This document shows, one piece after another, positions 16,392 through 24,758 of a stretch of 30,370 nucleotides of DNA. This DNA is from a virus (taxonomy: Duplodnaviria > Caudoviricetes), in IMG/VR virus record IMGVR_UViG_3300031861_000378, positions 1 through 30,370 of that record; one strand, 5' to 3'. The translations under genes were made by a program, and so were the position numbers. Below the pieces are notes generated by a model that worked only from the letters and a program-made list of their open reading frames with translations, did not search any database and was not told the DNA's origin. The first letter of the stretch is position 1. Each line of letters starts with the position of its first letter.

Positions 16392-16843
16392 TCAAACTCC
16401 GCGCCCTGACTGCCTTTCTGATCGAACGCCAGCTGGTTTCCCCTGAGCAGCTGGATAGCTGGACTGAACAGGTGACCCTGCCGCTGTACTGGAAGGAAAC
16501 CACCCAAGGCCTGCACATGGGCGACATGCGTTACCGCGCCGTGATCGTGCTGGAACGCTTCACCGACCACCCCGGCCGCCTGATGGCGCTGGTTGGATCG
16601 TGGCTGGAGAACAACGACACCAACCGCGAAGACGACGACCTGCCGCCCCCAACTTTCGAGATTGACCAGCTGGACGCCGACACCGCCGACGTGGAGCTGC
16701 AGCTGGATTTTGTGGAGCCGCAACACCTGGCAGAAGACGCCAATGGCGAGATTGAAGCCTTTGGCAAGCGCTTCGCCTTCGTGCCGTTTGACCTGTGGAT
16801 TGCCGACGAGGGAGGCGTGACCGATGGCCACACCGACCGTTGA
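16388..16843 (+). CDS. Tail completion protein (gpR-like)
   Basis: KLRALTAFL...LDSW...YRAVIVLERF; synteny. Confidence 0.78.
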   Translation: MIKLRALTAFLIERQLVSPEQLDSWTEQVTLPLYWKETTQGLHMGDMRYRAVIVLERFTDHPGRLMALVGSWLENNDTNREDDDLPPPTFEIDQLDADTADVELQLDFVEPQHLAEDANGEIEAFGKRFAFVPFDLWIADEGGVTDGHTDR

Positions 16844-17480
16844 TTTCGACGTGCGCGGCATGCTGGACGCGCAGCAAACCCTTGACCTGTTGGCCATGAA
16901 AGCGGGCAAGCGCCGCCGCCTGTTGAACACCGTGAGCAAGCGTGTGCGCACCCAAAACCGTAAGCGGATCCGCGCACAGCGCAACGTGGACGGCAGTGCA
17001 TACGCAGGCCGCAAGAACGGTGGCAATCGCAAGATGCTGAGTGGTTTAGGCAAAACCATGCAAGTGATCAGCTTATCGGCGGATGAGGCTGTGCTGGGCT
17101 GGAGCAGCCGCCTGGTGGCAGGCATTGCCGCTGAACACCAATACGGCCGCACCGAAACAATGAGCGCCGCCCGCATGCGCCGCCTGGGCAAAACCCCCGA
17201 CTACAACGGCCCAGCCAGTAAGCAGCAGGCCCGTGCCCTGTTGAAAGCCGGTTACCAGATCCGCAACGGCAAACGCTGGAAACGCCCATCACTGGGCTGG
17301 ATTCAGGAAAACCTGACCAACGGCCGCGCCGGTTTGATTTTGGCAAAGCTGGAAGGCGGCAGAAAAAAACAGCGCTGGCAGATCGAGCTGCCGGCCCGCC
17401 AAGTCCTGGGCGCTGATGCCGAGGACGTGCGCGAAATCACTCGCACCGTACTTCAACAAACCCTTAACGCACCCCGATAG
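16824..17480 (+). CDS. Virion morphogenesis protein (gpS-like)
   Basis: RIRAQRNVDGSAYAGRK, EHQYG, LPARQVLG motifs. Confidence 0.88.
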   Translation: MATPTVDFDVRGMLDAQQTLDLLAMKAGKRRRLLNTVSKRVRTQNRKRIRAQRNVDGSAYAGRKNGGNRKMLSGLGKTMQVISLSADEAVLGWSSRLVAGIAAEHQYGRTETMSAARMRRLGKTPDYNGPASKQQARALLKAGYQIRNGKRWKRPSLGWIQENLTNGRAGLILAKLEGGRKKQRWQIELPARQVLGADAEDVREITRTVLQQTLNAPR

Positions 17481-17492
17481 CGAGGCCCAGCA

Positions 17493-18608
17493 ATGGCTCA
17501 AGGCAAAGTAAGCGTCAATAACCTGAACCTGGGCCAAGGCCCAGTGACAGAGATTGAGCGCTATTTCCTCTTCATCGGCCCGGCCGCCTCGAACATTGGC
17601 GAGCTGATCCCTTTGAACACTGACAGCGATCTGGATAGCGCCTTTGGCGTGGCAGACAGTGACCTGAAAACTCAAGTGGCGGCTGCCCGTTTGAACGGTG
17701 GCGACCGCTGGGCGTGCATGGCTGCACCGCTGGCCGTCGCTGCTGACTGGGTAGCCGCGCTGAATATGGCGCAGCAGCAAGGTGTTTCAGTCGAGGCGGT
17801 GGTGATCACCGCCCCGGTGACCACGGCTGCAGAACTGACCGCGATGCACGACAAGGCCGTGACCATTAACAACCAGTACGGCCGCCGTGTGTTTTTCATG
17901 GCTGCCAGTGAAGGCATCGACCCGCTGCTGGACTGGAATGCTTACCTGACCGAGCAGCGCGCCATCTTGCAAGACCTTGCGGCACCACGTGTGCTGGTAG
18001 TGCCACAGCTGCACGGCAACGACCTGGGCGTGTTGGCTGGCCGCTTGGCCAATGCTGCCGTGAGCATCGCTGACAGCCCCATGCGCGTGGCCACCGGCCC
18101 GGTGTTGGGCCTCGGTGAAACCCCTGTGGATAGCGAAGATGTGCCGCTGCCGTCGGCCATTCTGAGCGAGCTGGACAAAGCCCGCTTTTCCGTCCCGCAG
18201 ACCTACCCAGACTACCCCGGCACGTTTTGGGGCGACGGCAACATGCTGGACGCCCCAGGCAGTGACTTTCAGGTGGTTGAGTACCTGCGCATCACCGACA
18301 AGGCCGCACGCCGCGTGCGCATCTTGCTGATCCAGCGCGTGGGCGACCGCAAGCTGAACAACACCGCCTACAGCATGGCCGCCAACAAATCCGCACTGAT
18401 GCGCCCCATGCGGCAAATGGCGCGCTCGGTGATCTTCGCCGGCCAGCAATTCCCCGGCGATATCGAACCGCCGAAAGACGGCGACATCGTGCTGGTGTGG
18501 CCAAGCAAAACCAAGGTGGAGGCCTACATCAAGTTGCGCCCCTACAACTGCCCCAAAGACCTGACCGCAAACATCGCCTTGGATCTTTCCAACGGCGACG
18601 AGGAGTAA
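17493..18608 (+). CDS. Tail sheath protein (HP1-type, DUF2586-like)
   Basis: VNNLNLGQG...IERYFLFIG, SIADSPMRVATG, YPDYPGTFWGDG. Confidence 0.9.
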   Translation: MAQGKVSVNNLNLGQGPVTEIERYFLFIGPAASNIGELIPLNTDSDLDSAFGVADSDLKTQVAAARLNGGDRWACMAAPLAVAADWVAALNMAQQQGVSVEAVVITAPVTTAAELTAMHDKAVTINNQYGRRVFFMAASEGIDPLLDWNAYLTEQRAILQDLAAPRVLVVPQLHGNDLGVLAGRLANAAVSIADSPMRVATGPVLGLGETPVDSEDVPLPSAILSELDKARFSVPQTYPDYPGTFWGDGNMLDAPGSDFQVVEYLRITDKAARRVRILLIQRVGDRKLNNTAYSMAANKSALMRPMRQMARSVIFAGQQFPGDIEPPKDGDIVLVWPSKTKVEAYIKLRPYNCPKDLTANIALDLSNGDEE

Positions 18609-18614
18609 GCACCC

Positions 18615-19064
18615 ATGGCCCGAATTAGCGGCATGAACTTCGACGTGAACCTGGGCGATCTGCAGGTGCATATCGAAAAAGCCACCCTGGATATCACCGA
18701 CAACAGCGCGGCCGTGCAAACCGGTGGCGTACCCGATGGCCATGTGGATGGCGACGTGAGTGCTAGCGGTGAGTTCGAACTGGACAGCGCCAACTTTGCG
18801 TTGCTGATCGAAGCCGCCAGCCGCGCCGGCAGCTTCCGCAAGCTGGAGCCATTCGACACGGTGTTTTTCGCCAAAGCGGGTGACGACGAACTGCGCGTGG
18901 AGGCCTTCGGCTGCAAGTTGAAGGTTTCCAGCCTGCTGGATATCGACCCCAAGGGCGGCAGCAAAACCAGCCACAAGGTGCCGTATGACGTGACCAGCCC
19001 GGACTTCATCCGCATTAACGGCGTGCCGTATCTGGACGCCAGCGAAATTGAAGGCCTGCGCTAA
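18615..19064 (+). CDS. Tail tube protein (HP1-type, DUF2597-like)
   Basis: RISGMNFD...GVPDGHVDGDVSASGE...VTSPDFIRINGVPYL. Confidence 0.9.
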   Translation: MARISGMNFDVNLGDLQVHIEKATLDITDNSAAVQTGGVPDGHVDGDVSASGEFELDSANFALLIEAASRAGSFRKLEPFDTVFFAKAGDDELRVEAFGCKLKVSSLLDIDPKGGSKTSHKVPYDVTSPDFIRINGVPYLDASEIEGLR

Positions 19065-19276
19065 TGGCTGACTGGGTAGACCGCGCCGTGGAACGTGAAG
19101 AACTGGAACTGGCGCGTGCCCTGGCTGCACAGCTGGCCAGCGCTAAACCGACCGGCCCGAGCCTGCCCAATTGCATCAGCTGTGACGGTGAGATCCCAAC
19201 CAAGCGCCAAGCGCTGGGCGGGATCACCCGCTGCACCCCCTGCCAAACCCTATTCGAGCAAGGAAACCGCCGATGA
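19064..19276 (+). CDS. TraR/DksA C4-type zinc finger protein
   Basis: MADWVDRA (DxxDxA motif); CISC...IPTKR...CTPCQ. Confidence 0.92.
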   Translation: MADWVDRAVEREELELARALAAQLASAKPTGPSLPNCISCDGEIPTKRQALGGITRCTPCQTLFEQGNRR

Positions 19277-19665
19277 AAGCCAGCCCATGGCCGAACTTTG
19301 CCTACTCCGAATTGCGCTGCAAGTGTGGCCGCTGTGACAGCGACGGCAGCGAGATCAACCCAGCGCTGATGGATGAGGTGCAGAAGCTGCGCACGTTGCA
19401 CGGTAAGCCAATGAGCCTGAGCAGCGCTGTGCGTTGCGCCAAGCACCCCAGCGAAGCCCGCAAGGCTACGCCGGGCGAGCATACCGACGGTAATGCCGTG
19501 GACGTGCGCTGTGATGGTGCCGAAGCGCTGCAGATCTTGCGCCTGGCACTGACGCTTGGCTTCACCCGCGTGGGCATCAACCAGAAAGGCAGCGGGCGGT
19601 TTATTCACCTGGGCATGGCCCCTGTGGGTGGCCGCCTGCCAAGCCCGATGATCTGGAGCTACTGA
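19273..19665 (+). CDS. Endolysin, peptidase M15A-like
   Basis: NFAYSELRCKCG, SSAVRCAKH, EHTDGNAVDV (Hx6D), FIHLG. Confidence 0.88.
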   Translation: MKASPWPNFAYSELRCKCGRCDSDGSEINPALMDEVQKLRTLHGKPMSLSSAVRCAKHPSEARKATPGEHTDGNAVDVRCDGAEALQILRLALTLGFTRVGINQKGSGRFIHLGMAPVGGRLPSPMIWSY

Positions 19666-20027
19666 TGCCTTTCAAAAGTGAATTGCATTTACGCACGCAC
19701 GCAAGCCAAGAAAAGTGGGAATTGACCGCGCCTCTGTTCTATCTGACGAAAGCCGATCAGATGATCGTAGTGCCCGTTGGCTACCGCACGGACTTGGCCA
19801 GCGTGCCTCGGTTGGCGTGGGTAATCGTGCCCCGTGACGACCCTATGGCCCGTCGCCCATCGGTGGTGCATGACTACATCTACACCGACCTGACCAAGCG
19901 TTTCACCAAGGCAGAGGCCGACCAGATTTTTTACCAAGCACTGCTGGAACAAGGAATGCACAAGCCCCTGGCTTGGCTGATGTGGTGCGCGGTGCGCATC
20001 GGTGGCCGTGGAAATTGGAGCAAGTAA
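19665..20027 (+). CDS. DUF1353-family protein
   Basis: VPVGYRTDLASVPR...VVHDYIY...EADQIF...AVRIGG signature. Confidence 0.88.
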   Translation: MPFKSELHLRTHASQEKWELTAPLFYLTKADQMIVVPVGYRTDLASVPRLAWVIVPRDDPMARRPSVVHDYIYTDLTKRFTKAEADQIFYQALLEQGMHKPLAWLMWCAVRIGGRGNWSK

Positions 20028-20284
20028 TGGAGCTTTCTGCCACGGCAGTGAACGTGCTGCTGATGCTGACCAATGCGGTGCTGACTGGCGTGGTGGGCTT
20101 TCAGGTTTACCTGTTCAAGCAGATCAGCGCCGCACGGCGTGAGCACCTGGAATTTCGCATTGAAGTAGCCGAGCGCTACGTGAAAACAGAGCACATCGAC
20201 AAGGCGCTGGAAAAGCTCGAAGAGCGATTCGACAAGCGCCTGGACGACTTTATCAACAACCTAAAACAGAGAAACCGAGCATGA
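20027..20284 (+). CDS. Single-TM coiled-coil protein, candidate holin/antiholin
   Basis: GGAG RBS, TAATG coupling; hydrophobic N-terminus then charged helical tail; lies in the lysis cluster. Confidence 0.55.
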   Translation: MELSATAVNVLLMLTNAVLTGVVGFQVYLFKQISAARREHLEFRIEVAERYVKTEHIDKALEKLEERFDKRLDDFINNLKQRNRA

Positions 20285-20568
20285 GCGAACATCGCGATAT
20301 CACCCTAGAACTGGGCGACAAAGAATTTACTTTCACCCTGACCCCGCAGGACGTGACCAAGTACTTCAACGCCATGACGCAGAACAACAAGGTGGCCCCG
20401 GCCAACAACCTGTTGACCACCACTGTTAAGCAGGAACAGCGCGCCACGCTGAAACCCATGCTGGGCAATCCGGTGCTGGTGATGAAGCTGGCCGGCGCGC
20501 TGATGGAGGAATACTCCCCAGACGTTGAGATCACCGTAAAAAAGCCCTCGCCCGAGCTGAACGACTGA
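20281..20568 (+). CDS. Tail assembly chaperone (gpE/G-like)
   Basis: YFNAMTQNNKVAPANNLL; upstream of the tape measure gene; slippery site near the 3' end. Confidence 0.85.
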   Translation: MSEHRDITLELGDKEFTFTLTPQDVTKYFNAMTQNNKVAPANNLLTTTVKQEQRATLKPMLGNPVLVMKLAGALMEEYSPDVEITVKKPSPELND

Positions 20569-20732
20569 CCGAAGACGGCCTGGGCCAACTGATGGCCCTG
20601 GTTGAACGCTGGCTACCTGGCGCAGATCCCACGGCAGACAATCTGGGAACCGCTAAGTGGTTGGAGGACGAGCACTGGCGACGCATGGAAATGGCCGTAG
20701 CCAACGGTATTGCCAAGGCCCTGAACGGCTAA
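20281..20732 (+). CDS. Extended tail chaperone via -1 frameshift (E+E'/GT-like)
   Basis: A-AAA-AAG at 20538-20544 in the correct frame; the -1 frame is open to TAA 20730-20732 (ALARAERLTEDGLGQLMALVERWLPG...MAVANGIAKALNG). Confidence 0.85.
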
Positions 20733-20748
20733 CCAAAGACGACCCAAA

Positions 20749-22746
20749 ATGACTGTAGCAGCCACCAATCATCTGGACTTTATCCTGCGCCTTGTCGATC
20801 AGGTGACAGCGCCTGCTGCGCGGGTAAGCCACCAGCTGATGGATGTGGCCGAGGTCGGCAAAACCGGCTTTATGCAGATGGGCGCAGGCGTGGCCGGCGT
20901 GATGGGTGCGGTCTACGGCTTGCAGGAGGCCATGGCCCCGGCACGGGATCAGATGGCAGCACTGGGCGAAGTGAAATCACTGGGCGTTGCCCAGGACTCC
21001 CTGGACGAACTAAACCGCAAGTCACTGGATTTTGCCGTGCGCTACGGCGAGAGCGCACAGGATTTTGTGCGTTCTGCGTATGACATACAGAGCGCGATTG
21101 CTGGGCTAACCGGTGAACAGCTTTCAGCCTTCACCAACGCTTCCAACGTACTGGCCAAGGCCACCAAGGCAGACGCCGCAACGGTGACCAGCTACGTGGG
21201 CACCATGTACGGGATCTTCAAAAGCCAAGCCGATGCCATGGGCAAAGCTGAGTGGGTGGAGAACCTAACCGGGCAAACCGCCCTGGCTGTGCAGATGTTC
21301 AAAACCACCGGCCAGCAGATGAGCGATGCCTTCACCGCCGTGGGTGCTAACGCTACATCGGCAGGTATCAATCTGAGCGAGCAGGTGGCGATCCTGGGAA
21401 CGCTGCAGGCCACCATGGGCGGCAGTGAAGCCGGCACCAAGTACAAGGCGTTTCTGTCGGGTGTGGGCACTGCCCAGGACAAGCTGGGGCTGTCGTTCAC
21501 TGACAGTCAAGGCCGCATGCTGCCCATGCTGCAGATCCTCGACAAGCTGAAAGGCAAGTTTGGCGACACCCTGGACGTGGCCGAATCTGACGCGCTGAAA
21601 AAGGCGTTCGGCTCCGATGAAGCCGTGGGTCTGATCAAGTTGCTGATGAACGACACCGACGGCCTGGCCAACAGCATGGATCAGCTGGGCAAGGTCAAAG
21701 GCATGGAGCAAGCCGAGCAAATGGCCAAGGACATGGTGGATCCGTGGGATCAGTTCGCCAGCGTGATTGAGTCGATCCGCATCGTCTTTGGGCAAACCCT
21801 GTTGCCGGTGCTAAACCCGCTGATTTCACGCCTGGTGGAAGGCGGGGCAACGCTGCAACGCTGGGTGCTGATGTTCCCGAATATCAGCCGGTGGCTGGGC
21901 TATATCACGCTGGGCGTGCTTGGCCTGGTGGCCGCTGCCGGTGCGCTGACCATCCTGGGCGGCCTGTTCACCGTGTTGTCGGTGCTGGCCAGCCCCATTG
22001 CGCTGATCGTGCTGGGTGTAGTCGCCCTGGTGGTTGCAGTGGGTGCGGCGATCATCTGGTGGGACGAGCTGAAAGCCGCGTTCGGTGACACCGCCTGGTT
22101 TCAGGCTCTGATGGTGATCATCACGCCTGTGGTGCTGCTGTTCAAAGTGATGGTGGCGGTGGTGCAGCTGTTGTGGGTAGGCATGCAACAGCTGTGGGCC
22201 GCTGGCGTGGAGTTTGTCACCTGGCTGGCCTCTTTCGAGGTGGCCGCCAACGGCGCGACAGCGGTATGGGAAGGCATTTTGTGGGCCTTCGCCAACCTGT
22301 CGCCTTTCGCCCTGCTGGGTAACGCCCTGCGCGGCCTGATCGACCTGCTGAACAAGATTCCCGGCGTGGAAATCGATACCAGCTTTGCTGATTTGCCGAG
22401 CGTGCCAGGCGGTGCCGAGGCAATGAGCGCCGCCAACCAAGCCAGCGCCGGAGTGCTCACAGATACCAGCATTGCCGATTTGCCGAGCGTGCCAGGTGGT
22501 GCCGAGGCAATGAGCGCCGCCGACCAAGCCAGCGCCGCGCAGAAGGCGCAACAGACCATCAATGCAGCGATTCCAAGCCTGTCGCCTTCCAGCGCCAGTG
22601 CGGTACCGCCTGGTGGCCTGCTAACCAGCATTCAGAACACCAGCAACCAGAACAAAGGCACTCACATTGAAAAAATGGAGATCCACAACAGCAAGCCCAT
22701 GACCCAACTGGAGCTGGAAAGCATGATTGAGATGAGCGCCGGATGA
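20749..22746 (+). CDS. Tail tape measure protein
   Basis: 665 aa, Ala-rich helical; TP901-type core (FVRSAYDIQSAIAGL, GSEAGTKYKAFL); hydrophobic C-terminal half. Confidence 0.93.
   Translation: MTVAATNHLDFILRLVDQVTAPAARVSHQLMDVAEVGKTGFMQMGAGVAGVMGAVYGLQEAMAPARDQMAALGEVKSLGVAQDSLDELNRKSLDFAVRYGESAQDFVRSAYDIQSAIAGLTGEQLSAFTNASNVLAKATKADAATVTSYVGTMYGIFKSQADAMGKAEWVENLTGQTALAVQMFKTTGQQMSDAFTAVGANATSAGINLSEQVAILGTLQATMGGSEAGTKYKAFLSGVGTAQDKLGLSFTDSQGRMLPMLQILDKLKGKFGDTLDVAESDALKKAFGSDEAVGLIKLLMNDTDGLANSMDQLGKVKGMEQAEQMAKDMVDPWDQFASVIESIRIVFGQTLLPVLNPLISRLVEGGATLQRWVLMFPNISRWLGYITLGVLGLVAAAGALTILGGLFTVLSVLASPIALIVLGVVALVVAVGAAIIWWDELKAAFGDTAWFQALMVIITPVVLLFKVMVAVVQLLWVGMQQLWAAGVEFVTWLASFEVAANGATAVWEGILWAFANLSPFALLGNALRGLIDLLNKIPGVEIDTSFADLPSVPGGAEAMSAANQASAGVLTDTSIADLPSVPGGAEAMSAADQASAAQKAQQTINAAIPSLSPSSASAVPPGGLLTSIQNTSNQNKGTHIEKMEIHNSKPMTQLELESMIEMSAG
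22375..22537 (+). repeat. 76-bp direct repeat (87-bp period) inside the tape measure gene
   Basis: 22375-22450 vs 22462-22537, 4 mismatches; encodes DTS(F/I)ADLPSVPGGAEAMSAA(N/D)QASA twice. Confidence 0.95.
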
Positions 22747-23060
22747 CGTTCTACATCGATCTTTTGATAGCTGGAAACGACCTGGCGCTGGATCCCTCGC
22801 GCCAGCCACGGCTGGTGGACGACCGCGCCAGTATCGCCCAGGACATTGCGCACATGATTCGTGAAAGCGGCCTGCTGGTGACCTTGGTTGCCGAGCGCGA
22901 CCGCTACCGCCAACGCGATTGCATCCAGCAGATGGAGCTGCTGGTGGAAGCCGACGCCCGCCTGGTGCCAGGCACCGCAAAAATCACCCAGCAAACGCCA
23001 GGGCAATACCTGATCACCGCGACCACTGTTGAATTTGGAGCTATTGAGGTGACCCTGTGA
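22743..23060 (+). CDS. Baseplate protein, DUF2590-like
   Basis: YIDLLI...SIAQDIAHMIRESGL...VEADARLVPGT. Confidence 0.85.
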   Translation: MTFYIDLLIAGNDLALDPSRQPRLVDDRASIAQDIAHMIRESGLLVTLVAERDRYRQRDCIQQMELLVEADARLVPGTAKITQQTPGQYLITATTVEFGAIEVTL

Positions 23061-24229
23061 CCGTAGATTTCAAGCAGGCGCTGAACGATGCCGGCATTCC
23101 GACCACCGAAGCCGGGCTGCGCCAAGCCTGGGAAAGTGAAGTAGCGGCCCAAGGCAGCGCACTGAGCAACACCAGCGCCTATTCGCCGTTCTGGCGCATC
23201 GTCACTGCACTGGTGACCAAGCCGGTGCTGTGGCTGATTAACTTCATCGCCGGCACTGTGCTGCCGAACTTTTTTGTGAAAACCGCTGTGGACGCCTGGC
23301 TGGATATGCTGGCGTGGGCGGTGAACGTGGAGCGCAAGGGCGCGACCAAGGCCAAGGGCGCGCTGCTGTTCACCCGTTTGGCCGCTGGTGGTGCGCTAGA
23401 AGTACCAGCCGGCACGGTGGTGCAGTCCGCCGCGATCAATGGTCACGTTTACCAACTGGTGACCACCGCTGTGGGCACCTTCACGGATGGTCTGATGCAG
23501 CTGGAGATCCCCGTGGAAGCGGTGGCCACCGGCAGCGGCTATAACTTGGCCCCCGGTTACTACGCAGTTTTGCCGCAACCGGTGCCAGGCATCGCCCAGG
23601 TGGCAAACGCCGACAGCTGGCTGACTGAGCCAGGCGCAGACCCTGAACCCAACGACCAGTTGCGCCTGCGCGTTCGCAACCAGTTTTCAGCGGTCAACCA
23701 GTACCACACCGACGCGGTATACCGCGCCATGATCACCACCTTCCCCGGTGTACGCCCCGATGGCGTGTACTTCGAACACGGCGCGCCGCGTGGCCCAGGC
23801 AGTGCCAATGCCTTTGTACTGTTTGAAGCGGATGTGCCAGGCGAAGTCTTTCTGGAGCAGATCAACGCCTATATCCGCGATGGTGGCAACCATGGCCACG
23901 GCGACGACCTGCTGGTGATGGTGATGCCGGAAACCTTGCACGCTATCAACGTGAATATCTGGCCGCGATCGACACTGACCAGCGAGCAACGAGCCACCCT
24001 GAAAGATGAGGTGGAGCTGTTTATTCGTGCAGCCTTCCGTGAGAGCACGCTACGCGATTTCCAGCCGACTTTGACCTATCCACAGTCGCGCTTTTCATTC
24101 AGCCGTCTGGGCGAAGAGCTGCACCAACAATTCACCGGCCTGGAGTCGCTGGACTTCGACAATGACGACATTTTGTCTGAGCTGAGCATTCCCCGGATCC
24201 AGAGCCTGGTGGTGGTGAGCAATGATTAA
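23057..24229 (+). CDS. Baseplate J/gp47 protein
   Basis: SAYSPFWRIV, GSGYNLAPGYY, PGADPEPNDQLRLR, APRGPGSANA. Confidence 0.92.
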   Translation: MTVDFKQALNDAGIPTTEAGLRQAWESEVAAQGSALSNTSAYSPFWRIVTALVTKPVLWLINFIAGTVLPNFFVKTAVDAWLDMLAWAVNVERKGATKAKGALLFTRLAAGGALEVPAGTVVQSAAINGHVYQLVTTAVGTFTDGLMQLEIPVEAVATGSGYNLAPGYYAVLPQPVPGIAQVANADSWLTEPGADPEPNDQLRLRVRNQFSAVNQYHTDAVYRAMITTFPGVRPDGVYFEHGAPRGPGSANAFVLFEADVPGEVFLEQINAYIRDGGNHGHGDDLLVMVMPETLHAINVNIWPRSTLTSEQRATLKDEVELFIRAAFRESTLRDFQPTLTYPQSRFSFSRLGEELHQQFTGLESLDFDNDDILSELSIPRIQSLVVVSND

Positions 24230-24746
24230 GCTCAGTTTGCCGTTCTGGCTGGACGGCCCCGAGCTGGCCAAGCTCAAGGCCGCTGCACAGGCCTGGTGGG
24301 CAAAAGTGGAAGGCTGGCTGCGCTGGCCGCTGCTGCAGATGGATGCCGACACGTGCCACATCACCATTCTGGATCTGCTGGCCTGGCAGCGCGATATCAC
24401 CCGTTTTAAGGGTGAACCCGAGGCGCTTTACCGCCTACGTGTGAAGTTCGCCTTTATCAACGCCGTGGAGGCCGGCAGTACAGCTGGCATGAAACGTATT
24501 TTGCAGCGCCTTGGCGTGGGCTATGTGGAGATTGAAGAGCGCCAACCCGACCGCGATTGGGACGTGGTGCTGCTGCAACTCACAGACGGCCAACTGGCGC
24601 AAAACCCAGAGTTGTTGCGCGTACTTATTCAACAGTACGGCCGCACCTGCCGCCGCTACGACTTCACCACGATCACCCCGGTGACGCTCCACGTCGCCCT
24701 GGTGGACTTCAACGACGACCAGCAAACGCTGGTTGCCAGCCTGTAG
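24222..24746 (+). CDS. Baseplate/tail protein (gpI-like)
   Basis: LDLLAWQRDITRF...AGSTAGMKRILQRLG...YGRTCRRY; follows J. Confidence 0.85.
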   Translation: MIKLSLPFWLDGPELAKLKAAAQAWWAKVEGWLRWPLLQMDADTCHITILDLLAWQRDITRFKGEPEALYRLRVKFAFINAVEAGSTAGMKRILQRLGVGYVEIEERQPDRDWDVVLLQLTDGQLAQNPELLRVLIQQYGRTCRRYDFTTITPVTLHVALVDFNDDQQTLVASL

Positions 24747-24758
24747 GAGAACAGCCCC

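Noticed and set aside
15336-19130. Long antisense ORFs (334, 318 and 447 aa) opposite head and tail genes
   Set aside because: Typical shadow ORFs of GC-rich coding sequence, fully overlapping well-supported genes. The same applies to 2332-3117 and 4204-5112.
22375-22537. Diversity-generating retroelement template/variable repeat pair
   Set aside because: No reverse transcriptase in the window; the repeats are adjacent and in frame, and the mismatches are not adenine-specific.
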